Part shown: in pieces, positions 29,164 through 38,480 of the stretch
Layout: the number at the start of each line of letters is the position of its first letter
Position numbering within the stretch: position 1 is the stretch's first letter
Assembly: GCA_021108435.1 (NCBI GenBank)
Contig: JAIOQY010000032.1
Coordinates: 1,890-65,889 of the forward strand
Reading direction: 5' to 3'
From: Candidatus Aegiribacteria sp.
Lineage (GTDB): Bacteria > Fermentibacterota > Fermentibacteria > Fermentibacterales > JCC-6
Length of the DNA: 64,000 bases
Notes under the pieces: model-generated
Told to the model about the DNA's origin: nothing
The model's input: only the letters and a program-made list of their open reading frames with translations
Database searches by the model: none
Position numbers and translations under genes: made by a program

Positions 29164-29754
29164 TCATAGTAATTCTCCCGGTTCATATATTCTATTTACC
29201 AGGCAGTTCTTTCTATCGAAATGGATCCCTTCCATCGAAAGCAGCCTTCTTTTCATATTGGTACCGCCCTGATAACCGCCGGGAGTTCCGTCAGATCGAA
29301 TAGTCCTGTGACAGGGAATGATTATCGGGAAGGGGTTTCTGGCAAGAGCATTTCCAACCGCGCGGCTGTTGCCCGGACTGCCAAGTCGCTCCGCAATGCG
29401 CTGATATGTAGTGACATGTCCGCGGAGAACTGAGTGTTCTGTAACAAGCACTTTCTGCTGGAATTCTGAACAGAGATCCATTCGGACAGATGAAAGTGAA
29501 AAGCTGATATCAGCTCCATTCAGGAATGCTTCGATATCTCCCGCAATTGAATCAATCACGCGGCATGTACCTGGACTGCAATCATGAAAGTACTCTGATA
29601 TGTACGCTTCAGCAGTAATACCCTGCCCTGAGAGAAGTACTCTGAAGATAGCAGGCTCACCACGGAACATTGACCACAGCACGGCAGTTGACCCGAAGAT
29701 TGGTGAATGAATATACAGAAAGAATCTTCCGGGATCATCAATTTTCATTATCAA
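29164..29754 (-). CDS. ogt: methylated-DNA--protein-cysteine methyltransferase
   Basis: Active-site motif IIIPCHRTIRSDGTPGGYQGG, preceded by the NSRAVGNALARNP helix. Confidence 0.85.
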   Translation of the reverse strand: MIMKIDDPGRFFLYIHSPIFGSTAVLWSMFRGEPAIFRVLLSGQGITAEAYISEYFHDCSPGTCRVIDSIAGDIEAFLNGADISFSLSSVRMDLCSEFQQKVLVTEHSVLRGHVTTYQRIAERLGSPGNSRAVGNALARNPFPIIIPCHRTIRSDGTPGGYQGGTNMKRRLLSMEGIHFDRKNCLVNRIYEPGELL

Positions 29755-29767
29755 ATGATTCGATTGG

Positions 29768-30406
29768 TTAATCTGAACCCGATTTCTTTTCCGTGCTCTT
29801 CCTGTTTATTCTTCGGTGAATATCCGGATAGTGTATCTCCATACATTCAGGACATATCGAATGAGTGACCTGAGCATTCGTATGGGTGGCAATATAATCG
29901 TCTACCTGTTGCCAGTAGTTCTTGTCATCACGTACTTTCTTGCAGAATGAACAGATTGGAAGGATTCCCTGCAGGGTTTTTATATGATCGAGCGAGTTCT
30001 GGAGGTCTTTCGCATGACTCAGCAATCTGTCCTGCATTTCAATGATCCGGCGGCCCGCGCTGATACGGGCACGGAGTTCTTCAGGATAGAAGGGCTTCGT
30101 TATATAGTCGTCTGTTCCGGTATCAAGACCTTCAACGATGTCCTGCTTGTTGTCCTTCACGGTGAGCATGATGATGTAAAACGGATTGTCACCATCCATT
30201 GAACGGATTCTCCTGCACAGATCAAGGCCGCTCAGTCCGGGCATCAGCCAGTCAAGCAATATGAGCCTTGGTGTATCCGGCTGTCTGGTAACTGTCCATG
30301 CCTCTTCACCACCTGATACAGCAATCACATCATGACCACACTTCTGGAGTAAGCTCGACAGGGTATTACGGGTGGAGAGATCATCCTCCACGATCAGGAT
30401 TTTCAT
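29768..30406 (-). CDS. response regulator with C-terminal four-cysteine module
   Basis: REC motifs ILIVEDD, LLDWLMPGLSG and ITKPF. The C-terminal module is ICSFCKKVRDDKNYWQQVDDYIATHTNAQVTHSICPEC. There is a 4-nt ATGA overlap with the upstream Hpt gene. Confidence 0.85.
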   Translation of the reverse strand: MKILIVEDDLSTRNTLSSLLQKCGHDVIAVSGGEEAWTVTRQPDTPRLILLDWLMPGLSGLDLCRRIRSMDGDNPFYIIMLTVKDNKQDIVEGLDTGTDDYITKPFYPEELRARISAGRRIIEMQDRLLSHAKDLQNSLDHIKTLQGILPICSFCKKVRDDKNYWQQVDDYIATHTNAQVTHSICPECMEIHYPDIHRRINRKSTEKKSGSD

Positions 30407-30759
30407 AGTATTATCTCCCTGATTTCCTTTTCAACTTCCGTGAACCGATTATCCAGTTCGGCTAACAAAGAAAGCGCAGTACTAAGATCGTTTGTTCTGC
30501 TGGCTTTCTCAATCCTGGATGCGACCTTCTGGAGCTTCATAGCAGCCATGTTGGCGGCTGAGCCATTTATACTGTGAGCCAGAAGCTCAGCTCCACGGAT
30601 ATCATTTTCATTGAGTCTGTCCTTCAGCAAGTCTATTCGGCTGCGGATATCTGTCAGAAAAATTTCCGCAATCGATTTTGCGAGCACTATGTCTCCCATC
30701 ATGCGTTCCATGAGGTCATCAGGATCGAAGATGGATCTATCAGACACTGGTAAGGACAC
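30403..30759 (-). CDS. Hpt (histidine phosphotransfer) domain protein
   Basis: 118 aa. LLAHSINGSAANMAA matches the Hpt phospho-His helix (H-x-x-[KN]-G-S). It is co-transcribed with the REC-Cys4 gene. Confidence 0.8.
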   Translation of the reverse strand: MSLPVSDRSIFDPDDLMERMMGDIVLAKSIAEIFLTDIRSRIDLLKDRLNENDIRGAELLAHSINGSAANMAAMKLQKVASRIEKASRTNDLSTALSLLAELDNRFTEVEKEIREIIL

Positions 30760-31095
30760 TGATTCACTCCCGATTCTAGTTGTGCTTGAATTCTAACGGA
30801 TTCAACAAAATAATCATAGTGAGTAGTTAATAATTCCGGAAAATGAACTGTAGTTCACACTTTAAAGCTAACAAAGCCAACGAACCTTCGTCAATATGGG
30901 GTTACTCTGGAGCTGCTTCTCCTGGAGGATCGGCAGCATAAGGATGTGCATAATAGAACCTGTGCTTGACGGGTCATGCAAAATCCTGCATCTAATAAAC
31001 TAATTATTCATTAAGATATGCTGAGAACCACCGCCGAAAAAGAAACGGCTTGACTGACTTATCACAGGAAAGAGAAGAAATAAGAGGTAGCGTTC

Positions 31096-33084
31096 ATGAT
31101 TCGTCTTGAGAACCTCTACTCACTGATCGAAGGAAACTTTGATTTTCTCCTTGCAGTAGATGGCAATGAGAAGATTATCCATGTCACTCCCCTTCTGAAG
31201 CATACATGCTCACAAGATGTTTCTGACGTTTCAGGAGCCCACCTGATAGATATTCTTGAAACTGAATCTCTCTCATCTTTGCGTAAAGCAATAGTCGAGG
31301 TTAAAAAGGGTACCAGGGGAGTACATGCTCTGCTGTCCACCAGATCTGAGAGATCAACACCGATTCCAATGAACGTCGGTTACATAGAGAGTGTTCAGGG
31401 TGGTATTTACCTTTTCTTCGGCGCGCAGGCTGACTCGCTTCGCAGAATAAGTGACTGGGAAAAGGAAGAAAGGGTGAAGGAGCTGTCCTGTCTTTACTCG
31501 GTTTCGGAATGGATAGAGGTTTCCGAGTCCATCAGTGATTTTTTCACAAGACTTCCGGAATATCTCTCTCGAGGTATGCGTTTTCCGGAAGAAGCGGTTG
31601 TCTGTTCCACATATCAGGGTTTGGAGTACGGTCAGGAACTGGCGGGAAAGGAATTCATAACAGTCAACCTGATTGTTAACGGTGAGCAGAAAGGCGAAAT
31701 AAGAGTTGGATACCTGAGCGAAACACGTAACATGTTGCCTGAAGAGCAGAAAATGCTGTTCGAAATAGGAAGAATGCTCAGTCTGGCGCTCGAAAGGAAA
31801 GAACTCTCCGAAAAAATTGTTCTCAAACAGGAAGAGGAAGAGGAGTTCAACAAACATCTGAAAGAGCTTGAAAAAGAGATCGGCAAACGGGAAAAGGAGC
31901 TTAAAGCCCAGAAGCAGAAATTGAGTACGGCTGATTCCTATCTGAACCGCGTCAACAAAAGCTGGGATGAAGCCAGCCGCAGGCTTGAAACCATGTTCCA
32001 GGCTATCCCTGATGAAGTAATGCTCATTGATCTTAACAGAAACGTGGTTATGAGCAATCAGGAGAATATCGCTCCCGGTGACAAATGCTATAGAACCTAT
32101 TTTAAGAGAGAAACTCCCTGTGAGGATTGTCGATTGGCAAAGATAAAACGGGACAAGACACCGATTACCATTACAATAAGAGATGATGAAAGATATCTTC
32201 AGGTTCACGCTCTTCCTATATACAACCAGGAAGAGGAAGTCGATGGAATCCTTGAATTCTACAGGGATATCACGCTTGAGAAGACCTACGAACAGCAGCT
32301 GCAGCAGGCCGACAAACTGGCTTCCCTGGGTCAGCTTGTAAGCGGTATCGGCCATGAGATCAACAATCCAAACCAGTTCATAAGGGGAAACATCAAGATC
32401 ATCAATCAGGCGATAACGGACATGCTGCCGATTGTGGATGATTACTACAAAGAACATCCGGATCTCAAAATTGCCAGGCTTAAATACGATTTCTTCAGAG
32501 AGCATATCATGACCCTGGTAGATGACATGTCTCACGGTTCGGAACGGATAAAGGGTATTGTGGAGGGTCTTCGGGGTTTTGCCAGAAAGGATGAGGGGCT
32601 TCTTCTGGATACTGTGGATGTCAACACGTTAATAGAAGCTACGACCAGGCTGGTTCAGAACGAAGTACACAAGCATGCTGAGATCGAACTGGGGCTGAGC
32701 AAAGGTGTAAAAACGTTCACGGGCAATTCCCAGAAGATCGAGCAGGTTCTTGTAAACCTCATAGTGAATGCTTCTCAGGCTATCCCGGATGATATAAAGG
32801 GTTTGATTACCGTCAGAACCAGGATGGATAAAGATACCGTTGTCATAGAGATTGAGGACAACGGCAAAGGAATGGATGAGAAAACCCTTAAGCTGATCTT
32901 CGATCCTTTCTTCACGACAAAACGCACAAAGGGCGGAACAGGGCTGGGTCTCGCGATTGCCTTCAGAATCATCGAGGAGCATGGCGGAAGCATTTCGGTA
33001 AGTAGCAAACCTGGCTCAGGAACACTGTTCACTATCAAAATTCCATTGCCGGATCATGAAGGAGACAGGAAGGCGAAGAAATGA
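31096..33084 (+). CDS. cytoplasmic sensor histidine kinase (PAS/GAF-like, coiled coil, HisKA, HATPase_c)
   Basis: H-box GIGHEINNPNQF. ATPase motifs EDNGKGM and GTGLGLAIAF. No transmembrane segment seen. ATGA overlap with the downstream regulator gene. Confidence 0.88.
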   Translation: MIRLENLYSLIEGNFDFLLAVDGNEKIIHVTPLLKHTCSQDVSDVSGAHLIDILETESLSSLRKAIVEVKKGTRGVHALLSTRSERSTPIPMNVGYIESVQGGIYLFFGAQADSLRRISDWEKEERVKELSCLYSVSEWIEVSESISDFFTRLPEYLSRGMRFPEEAVVCSTYQGLEYGQELAGKEFITVNLIVNGEQKGEIRVGYLSETRNMLPEEQKMLFEIGRMLSLALERKELSEKIVLKQEEEEEFNKHLKELEKEIGKREKELKAQKQKLSTADSYLNRVNKSWDEASRRLETMFQAIPDEVMLIDLNRNVVMSNQENIAPGDKCYRTYFKRETPCEDCRLAKIKRDKTPITITIRDDERYLQVHALPIYNQEEEVDGILEFYRDITLEKTYEQQLQQADKLASLGQLVSGIGHEINNPNQFIRGNIKIINQAITDMLPIVDDYYKEHPDLKIARLKYDFFREHIMTLVDDMSHGSERIKGIVEGLRGFARKDEGLLLDTVDVNTLIEATTRLVQNEVHKHAEIELGLSKGVKTFTGNSQKIEQVLVNLIVNASQAIPDDIKGLITVRTRMDKDTVVIEIEDNGKGMDEKTLKLIFDPFFTTKRTKGGTGLGLAIAFRIIEEHGGSISVSSKPGSGTLFTIKIPLPDHEGDRKAKK

Positions 33085-34445
33085 ATAAGATCCTGATAGT
33101 TGATGACGATGTTGCTGTAACCAACTACTTCATGGTTTTTCTGATGCAGACCGAAGTGTTTGAACCCACAGTTGTCAACGATTCAAGAGAAGTTGAGACC
33201 ATTCTTGACACTGAGTTGTTTGATATAATCATGCTCGATCTTGATATGCCGAACGTAAGCGGCATGGATATTCTAAGAATGATGCAGGAAAAAAGTATAA
33301 ATATCCCCGTGGTAATTCTTACAGGTGTCAACGATATTGAACTTGCAGTTAAATCGATGAAACTGGGAGCATTTGATTACCTGACAAAACCTGTTGACGA
33401 TGAATACCTTCTTGAAGTTCTGAATAGAGCCATAGAATATGGCGCAATGCATGAAACCATTGATAAATTGCCCGAGATGCTTTCCAGAGAGGATCTGGAT
33501 AACAAGGCAGCCTTCGAAAGACTCCCTACACAGGATCCTGGCGTGATACGGCTTTTTCATCAGGCCGAGAAAATGGCTAAAGGAGATCTCAGTGTATTCA
33601 TCTGGGGGGAAAGGGGTACAGGGAAGGAATCACTTGCACGAGCTATTCACAATGCTTCTCCAAGGGTCGACAGGCCCTTCATTGCTCTTGACAGCGCTTC
33701 TCATTCTCAGGAAGAATTCTCCGAGGAGCTTTTCGGCAGAGCCAGGGACTGGAGCGGAAGAAGCGAGGAGATGCCCGGTTTTCTTGAAACGGCGTCAGGT
33801 GGAACACTGTTCATTGATAATATCGAGCATATGAGTCTGCCGGTTCAGGTAAGACTCAAGAGAGTAATCCAGACAAACGAGTATTACAGGAATAACTCGA
33901 CAGAGATATTAGGTTGTGATGTTCGTTTCATAGTGGCTTCCACTCATGATCTTACCAGTTCAAAATATCGCGATTCCTTCTCGCGGGATCTGCTGTACCA
34001 TCTTATGGTGAATTCTATCCGGATTCCGCCTCTGAGAGACAGGTCTGACGATATCCCGCTGCTGACGAAATATTTCCTGAAGATGGAGAACGAGCGAACA
34101 GGAATAAATATTACCGGTATTTCCGACGAACTCATGGATCTGCTGCAGCAGTATAGTTTTCCCGATAATATGCAGGAGCTGAGAAATATCATTGCAGGGG
34201 CGATAGTGAGTGCTGAGGGAGATACAATTACTCCTGATTCCCTCTCTCCTTATATCCGCGAACGGATAACACCGGGAGAAGTGACCGGTGGATTTGCTCC
34301 GATGAAGCTCCAGGAAGCAATAATTGATTTTGTAACAAAAACAATGGAGTACTGCGGTGGTGATATGAAGGATGCTGCCAGACTTCTTGGTATTTCAAAG
34401 GACGAACTGGATCAGTATATCAACCAGGATAGCTCTCCTGAATAA
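33081..34445 (+). CDS. NtrC-family response regulator (REC + AAA+ + Fis-type HTH) with degenerate sigma-54 contact and Walker B motifs
   Basis: REC motifs ILIVDDD, MLDLDMPNVSG and LTKP. Walker A GERGTGKE. The C-terminal HTH is AARLLGISKDELDQYI. The GAFTGA position reads RDWSGR and Walker B reads LFIDNI. Confidence 0.85.
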   Translation: MNKILIVDDDVAVTNYFMVFLMQTEVFEPTVVNDSREVETILDTELFDIIMLDLDMPNVSGMDILRMMQEKSINIPVVILTGVNDIELAVKSMKLGAFDYLTKPVDDEYLLEVLNRAIEYGAMHETIDKLPEMLSREDLDNKAAFERLPTQDPGVIRLFHQAEKMAKGDLSVFIWGERGTGKESLARAIHNASPRVDRPFIALDSASHSQEEFSEELFGRARDWSGRSEEMPGFLETASGGTLFIDNIEHMSLPVQVRLKRVIQTNEYYRNNSTEILGCDVRFIVASTHDLTSSKYRDSFSRDLLYHLMVNSIRIPPLRDRSDDIPLLTKYFLKMENERTGINITGISDELMDLLQQYSFPDNMQELRNIIAGAIVSAEGDTITPDSLSPYIRERITPGEVTGGFAPMKLQEAIIDFVTKTMEYCGGDMKDAARLLGISKDELDQYINQDSSPE

Positions 34446-34467
34446 TTTCAGGACAGAAAAATAAAGT

Positions 34468-35235
34468 ATGCGGGTTATTAATCAGCTGCAGGAAATATTC
34501 AATATTCAGAGTAGAATCATAGATATTCACCCCATTCTGGAGCGTGTATTTCCTGTTGCTCTTGTCGAAGGTGATAAGTTCCTTATTTATGATATTGACG
34601 AATCCGGTCAGCGATATGTCTTTGTCATGGATGCTCCGACTCCGATGCCGGTTCCACTGAAAGTGCGAGCTGCATTTTCTCTTGAGTGTTACGGAGGAAA
34701 AACAGCTTGCATTGTTACAGGCGATGTATTCGATTCTCTTGAAGGGTATGTGACCATCTTCCACGAGTTTGTTCACTGTCAGCAGTCTGAAACCTGCGAA
34801 AATGAACTCAAACAGACACTGGGAATTGCCCGCAGGGCTCAGGTTGAGAACGATCACATGTGGGAGATCAATTATCCGTTTCCATACGATTCTCCAGATT
34901 TCAGAGATCTTTATGCATTGTTCCTTGACGAACTGGATAATGGCAGGAAAGGCAATGTCTCGGAAACTCGATTGCGGTTGAAACAGATACTGAAAAAAAA
35001 CGATTACGAGTATATGGTCTGGCAGGAATGGAAAGAGGGCTTTGCGCGATTTATCGAGAACTTGATCAGAAACAGGCTGGATCTTGCTGAGAACCATGGG
35101 GGTTACAGGAAGCCGTATGATCGTGTCCTTTTCTATGAAGGCGGAGCCGGATACATCGGATTCCTTGGTTTGCGTGAGCCGCGATTGCTGGTGGAGATTG
35201 AAAAGCTGTTTCACGTTATGATGTGCGGAGAATAA
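34468..35235 (+). CDS. hypothetical protein with HExxH motif (putative zinc metallopeptidase-like)
   Basis: 255-aa ORF. HEFVH at 34762-34776. I preferred it over the antisense ORF 34420..35256, which has a low-complexity, atypical composition. Confidence 0.6.
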   Translation: MRVINQLQEIFNIQSRIIDIHPILERVFPVALVEGDKFLIYDIDESGQRYVFVMDAPTPMPVPLKVRAAFSLECYGGKTACIVTGDVFDSLEGYVTIFHEFVHCQQSETCENELKQTLGIARRAQVENDHMWEINYPFPYDSPDFRDLYALFLDELDNGRKGNVSETRLRLKQILKKNDYEYMVWQEWKEGFARFIENLIRNRLDLAENHGGYRKPYDRVLFYEGGAGYIGFLGLREPRLLVEIEKLFHVMMCGE

Positions 35236-35334
35236 TAGAATCATGACTGATTGCATTGATACGACAACGGACTTTGTTTTTTATGGAAACTTTGATTTCC
35301 AGAGCAGACATAATTCTCATACCCGGAGGGTTTC

Positions 35335-35745
35335 ATGGGTTATATAGGCTGGATACTGTTACTCTTTGTTCTGGGGATAATCAACCTGATCGCAGGAGTT
35401 AAAGGGATAAGAAGTTTTCTTTCTCAGGATTCATCTATCAGAACGTACCAGAATCTTGAGAATTTTAAAAGTATGGTGCGGAAACAGATGTATCAGGCTC
35501 TTCTTCAGCTGGTCATTCTGGGAACTATGACAGTGATAGGGATAGTCGGTATGCTTGTTGGAAAATTGAATTTCAGCGGAACGTTGCTGTTCCTGACGCT
35601 CAACGTGATAAATATCTTTGCCGGCAAGTGGGGAAAGGGATTTGAAAAGAAGGCAAGATCTCTGAAAGTTGAAAGTCCGAATCTTCTTGACGAATATAAA
35701 TCAGTATGCAGAACCTGGTTCAGGAAACCGTTCCCCGATTTCTAA
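35335..35745 (+). CDS. small integral membrane protein, unknown function
   Basis: 136 aa with three hydrophobic helices (ILLLFVLGIINLIAGV, LLQLVILGTMTVIGIVGMLV, LLFLTLNVINIFAG). GGAGGG upstream of the ATG. Confidence 0.6.
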   Translation: MGYIGWILLLFVLGIINLIAGVKGIRSFLSQDSSIRTYQNLENFKSMVRKQMYQALLQLVILGTMTVIGIVGMLVGKLNFSGTLLFLTLNVINIFAGKWGKGFEKKARSLKVESPNLLDEYKSVCRTWFRKPFPDF

Positions 35746-37073
35746 TACCTGTCCAGATACCTTTCGATTTCCCAGTGATGAATCACCCTGATGTACTCTT
35801 CCCATTCCCTTCTCTTGTTGTACATGAAATGTTCGTATATGTGCTCTCCCAGTGCCTCAATTATCACATTATCCTTCTCCAGATAGTTGAGAGCTTCAAA
35901 AAGGCTGGATGGCAGATGATGTATCTTCAGCCTTGCTTTCTCCCGCTTGCTCATTTTGAAGATGTTCCTGTTAACCGGCCTGCCGCAGTCCATTCCCTTT
36001 TCTATTCCGTCCAGACCCGCAGCGAGAAGCACCGTAAGCGCCAGGTAGGGATTGCATGAGGGATCCGGTACCCTAACCTCACACCTGGTATCGTTTCCCT
36101 TTCTTGCAGGGACGCGAATGAGCGGAGAACGGTTCTTTTCCGACCAGGCAACATTTATCGGAGCTTCGTGACCGGGGACAAGTCTTTTGTACGAATTAAC
36201 AAGCGGATTGGTTACAGCCACAAATGCTCTTGCATGTTGAAGAAGACCGGCAATGAAACCTCTCGCTGAAGGCGACAGACCGTCATCACCATCAGGGTCA
36301 TCAAATGCATTATCCCCTGAAAGCGTGAACAGGGACATGTTCATATGCATCCCAGATCCGTTAACATCGGAAAGCGGTTTAGGCATGAATGTTGCGTGAA
36401 GCCCGTGTGAAAGGGCTACTTTTTTAACTACGAATCTGAATGTAACAATATTGTCGGCTGTCTTCACAGCATCGGTATACCTGAAATCGATTTCATGCTG
36501 TCCGGGGGCAACTTCGTGATGAGCGGCCTCCACTTCGTACCCCATTGACTCAAGAACCAGTGCTATATCCCGCCTGGCTTCCTCTCCTTTGTCCACGGGT
36601 GAAAGGTCAAAATAGCTTCCTCTGTCGTGCGTTTTGGTAACGGGATTACCGGAAGCGTCCATCTGAAAGAGGAAAAATTCTGCTTCAGGACCGGCCATTA
36701 CCCTGTATCCCATTTTCCTTGCCCGTTGAACCTGATTTTTCAGCAGTGTCCGGGGGCATCCCGGAAACGGATTGCCATCGGGGTCTGCTACATCACATAT
36801 AAGGCGGCCGACCTTTCCATGCTCAGTTCTCCAGGGAAATACTCCGAATGTCTCAAGATCGGGTATGAGGACCATGTCCGACTCTTCAATTCGCGTAAAT
36901 CCCTCGATTGAGGAGCCGTCGAACATTACCTGTCCATTAAGAGCTTTGACAAACTGACTTTCAGGTACTTCAACATTCTTGATGATACCGTCGATATCTG
37001 TGAATTGAAGCCGCAGAAAGTGTACGTTATGTTTCTCGCATTCGGATAGTAGTGATTCCACTGAAACTGTCAT
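35742..37073 (-). CDS. glnA: glutamine synthetase, type I (443 aa, GSI-alpha-like)
   Basis: FLRLQFTDIDGIIKNVEV, MFDGSSIEGF, GPEAEFFLF, HHEVAPGQHEIDF and NRSPLIRVP are canonical GlnA motifs. Confidence 0.93.
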   Translation of the reverse strand: MTVSVESLLSECEKHNVHFLRLQFTDIDGIIKNVEVPESQFVKALNGQVMFDGSSIEGFTRIEESDMVLIPDLETFGVFPWRTEHGKVGRLICDVADPDGNPFPGCPRTLLKNQVQRARKMGYRVMAGPEAEFFLFQMDASGNPVTKTHDRGSYFDLSPVDKGEEARRDIALVLESMGYEVEAAHHEVAPGQHEIDFRYTDAVKTADNIVTFRFVVKKVALSHGLHATFMPKPLSDVNGSGMHMNMSLFTLSGDNAFDDPDGDDGLSPSARGFIAGLLQHARAFVAVTNPLVNSYKRLVPGHEAPINVAWSEKNRSPLIRVPARKGNDTRCEVRVPDPSCNPYLALTVLLAAGLDGIEKGMDCGRPVNRNIFKMSKREKARLKIHHLPSSLFEALNYLEKDNVIIEALGEHIYEHFMYNKRREWEEYIRVIHHWEIERYLDRY

Positions 37074-37226
37074 TTGCAGCCTTCTTTCGCATCATTATGA
37101 ATATTTCGAGGCTAGAACTTAAGCAAATTATCTATAAGTTTGCATTTCGACTCCGAAATATATCCAATTCTGCATTATTCGCAATCAGGGCTGAATACGG
37201 ATGAACAGTATGCTGGCAAGTACTGA

Positions 37227-38330
37227 TTACTTGAGTTCGGGTTCCTCCCAGGCAACCACGATTGCCAGGTCGTTTTCTTTAAGGATGCTTCCGCTATCGC
37301 GTCTGGGATTGATACGGATATCGCCTGATGAGTTTATTCCCAGGAGAAGAAGAGGATTATCTGCCGACCTGGTTCTGTATATATGCTGACCAAGATCAGA
37401 GAAGCTCTTTCCGATGAACTCATCAGGGATGGGAATCTGATATATTTCGTTGGAATCTCCCGATATTGTCAACAATCTCCGGTATACATTGCTGAGGTTA
37501 TGAGAGAGGGCGGATTGAGCGAGGAGTCTCATTCCGAAATCTTCCGAACAGACGATTTCTTCCGCACCGGCTTGTTCGAGATGATCCACGTTTGTAAGAT
37601 CCACTCCCTGAGCACATATATGAATATCTCGTTCCGAGTCCAGCTTTTCGCAGGTTCTTCTGATGTTCAGACATATCAGGATGGATTTGGCGTCAGCAAG
37701 CTCTTTCTGATCACGGTCAGCAAGTATGATAACCGAAAACACATTCTGAATATTTGCTCTCTTAAGAACCGCTTCCAGAGTTGGTTCTCCTTTAATTAGA
37801 TAGACATTCTCGAAAACCGCATTATCATCCTCGTCAGGGAAATCAGCTGCTTCGTGGTTTTCGCTGATGATAACGACAGGGCGCTTGTTGTGAACGATGT
37901 CAGCATGAAGCTGCTCAATGAGTGGTATTCCCATTTCATTCCAGTTACATATGATGATATGATCTCTGAGTTCGTACGATGGTATCTTCATTTTCCCTCT
38001 CAATCGTTTTTCAATCAGGAAGGATGCTATGGCCGCCGTGAAGACAGCTACAACACCCGCGCTCAATACCAGGATGACAGTTGTGATTATCCGGCCTGCA
38101 ATCGTAACCGGGACTCCACTGTCCAGTCCGCTGAAAAGATAGACGGCAATATTCCAGAACGACTTGTAAAGAGTATCAAACTCCGGGTTTGATCTGCCCT
38201 CGGTGAAAAGCAGAATGGAAGCTCCGAAAAGCCAGATTACAAATACAGCCGCGAGTATTCTGATGAACTCATGCTTCTCGAAGAATATGAACATCTTCTT
38301 GAAGAGGCTGTCTGCTTTCTTTCGTTTCAA
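37227..38330 (-). CDS. ion channel protein with 2-TM pore domain and cytoplasmic RCK/TrkA-N domain
   Basis: Two transmembrane helices flank a pore loop. These are followed by HIIICNWNEMG and a Rossmann-like RCK region. The start is TTG at 38330; ATG at 38294 is an alternative. The selectivity-filter position is non-canonical (SGLDSG). Confidence 0.7.
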   Translation of the reverse strand: MKRKKADSLFKKMFIFFEKHEFIRILAAVFVIWLFGASILLFTEGRSNPEFDTLYKSFWNIAVYLFSGLDSGVPVTIAGRIITTVILVLSAGVVAVFTAAIASFLIEKRLRGKMKIPSYELRDHIIICNWNEMGIPLIEQLHADIVHNKRPVVIISENHEAADFPDEDDNAVFENVYLIKGEPTLEAVLKRANIQNVFSVIILADRDQKELADAKSILICLNIRRTCEKLDSERDIHICAQGVDLTNVDHLEQAGAEEIVCSEDFGMRLLAQSALSHNLSNVYRRLLTISGDSNEIYQIPIPDEFIGKSFSDLGQHIYRTRSADNPLLLLGINSSGDIRINPRRDSGSILKENDLAIVVAWEEPELK

Positions 38331-38480
38331 TTTATGCTATCCTGACTTCAATTCGGGGTAAACATGAAACCTGGCGGATCCGAACCTGCATACTAATCCT
38401 AAACTTTAACTGGCGCATCAGGCAAGACCGCATGAAAGAGAATCCGTGACAGCACCTGTTTCCTCTGGTATCTTAACCAG

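Noticed and set aside
31354-32535. 393-aa ORF antisense to the histidine kinase gene 31096..33084
   Set aside because: Its composition is dominated by F/L/K/V, as expected for the reverse complement of a GAA/AAG/GAG-rich sense gene. It has no recognisable motif. The sense strand has clear HisKA/HATPase motifs and operon coupling. I treat it as a shadow ORF.
34420-35256. 278-aa ORF antisense to 34468..35235
   Set aside because: Only one strand can plausibly be coding. The plus-strand product has a balanced composition, an HExxH motif and fits the co-directional gene string. The minus-strand product is low-complexity and would overlap the stop of the upstream regulator.
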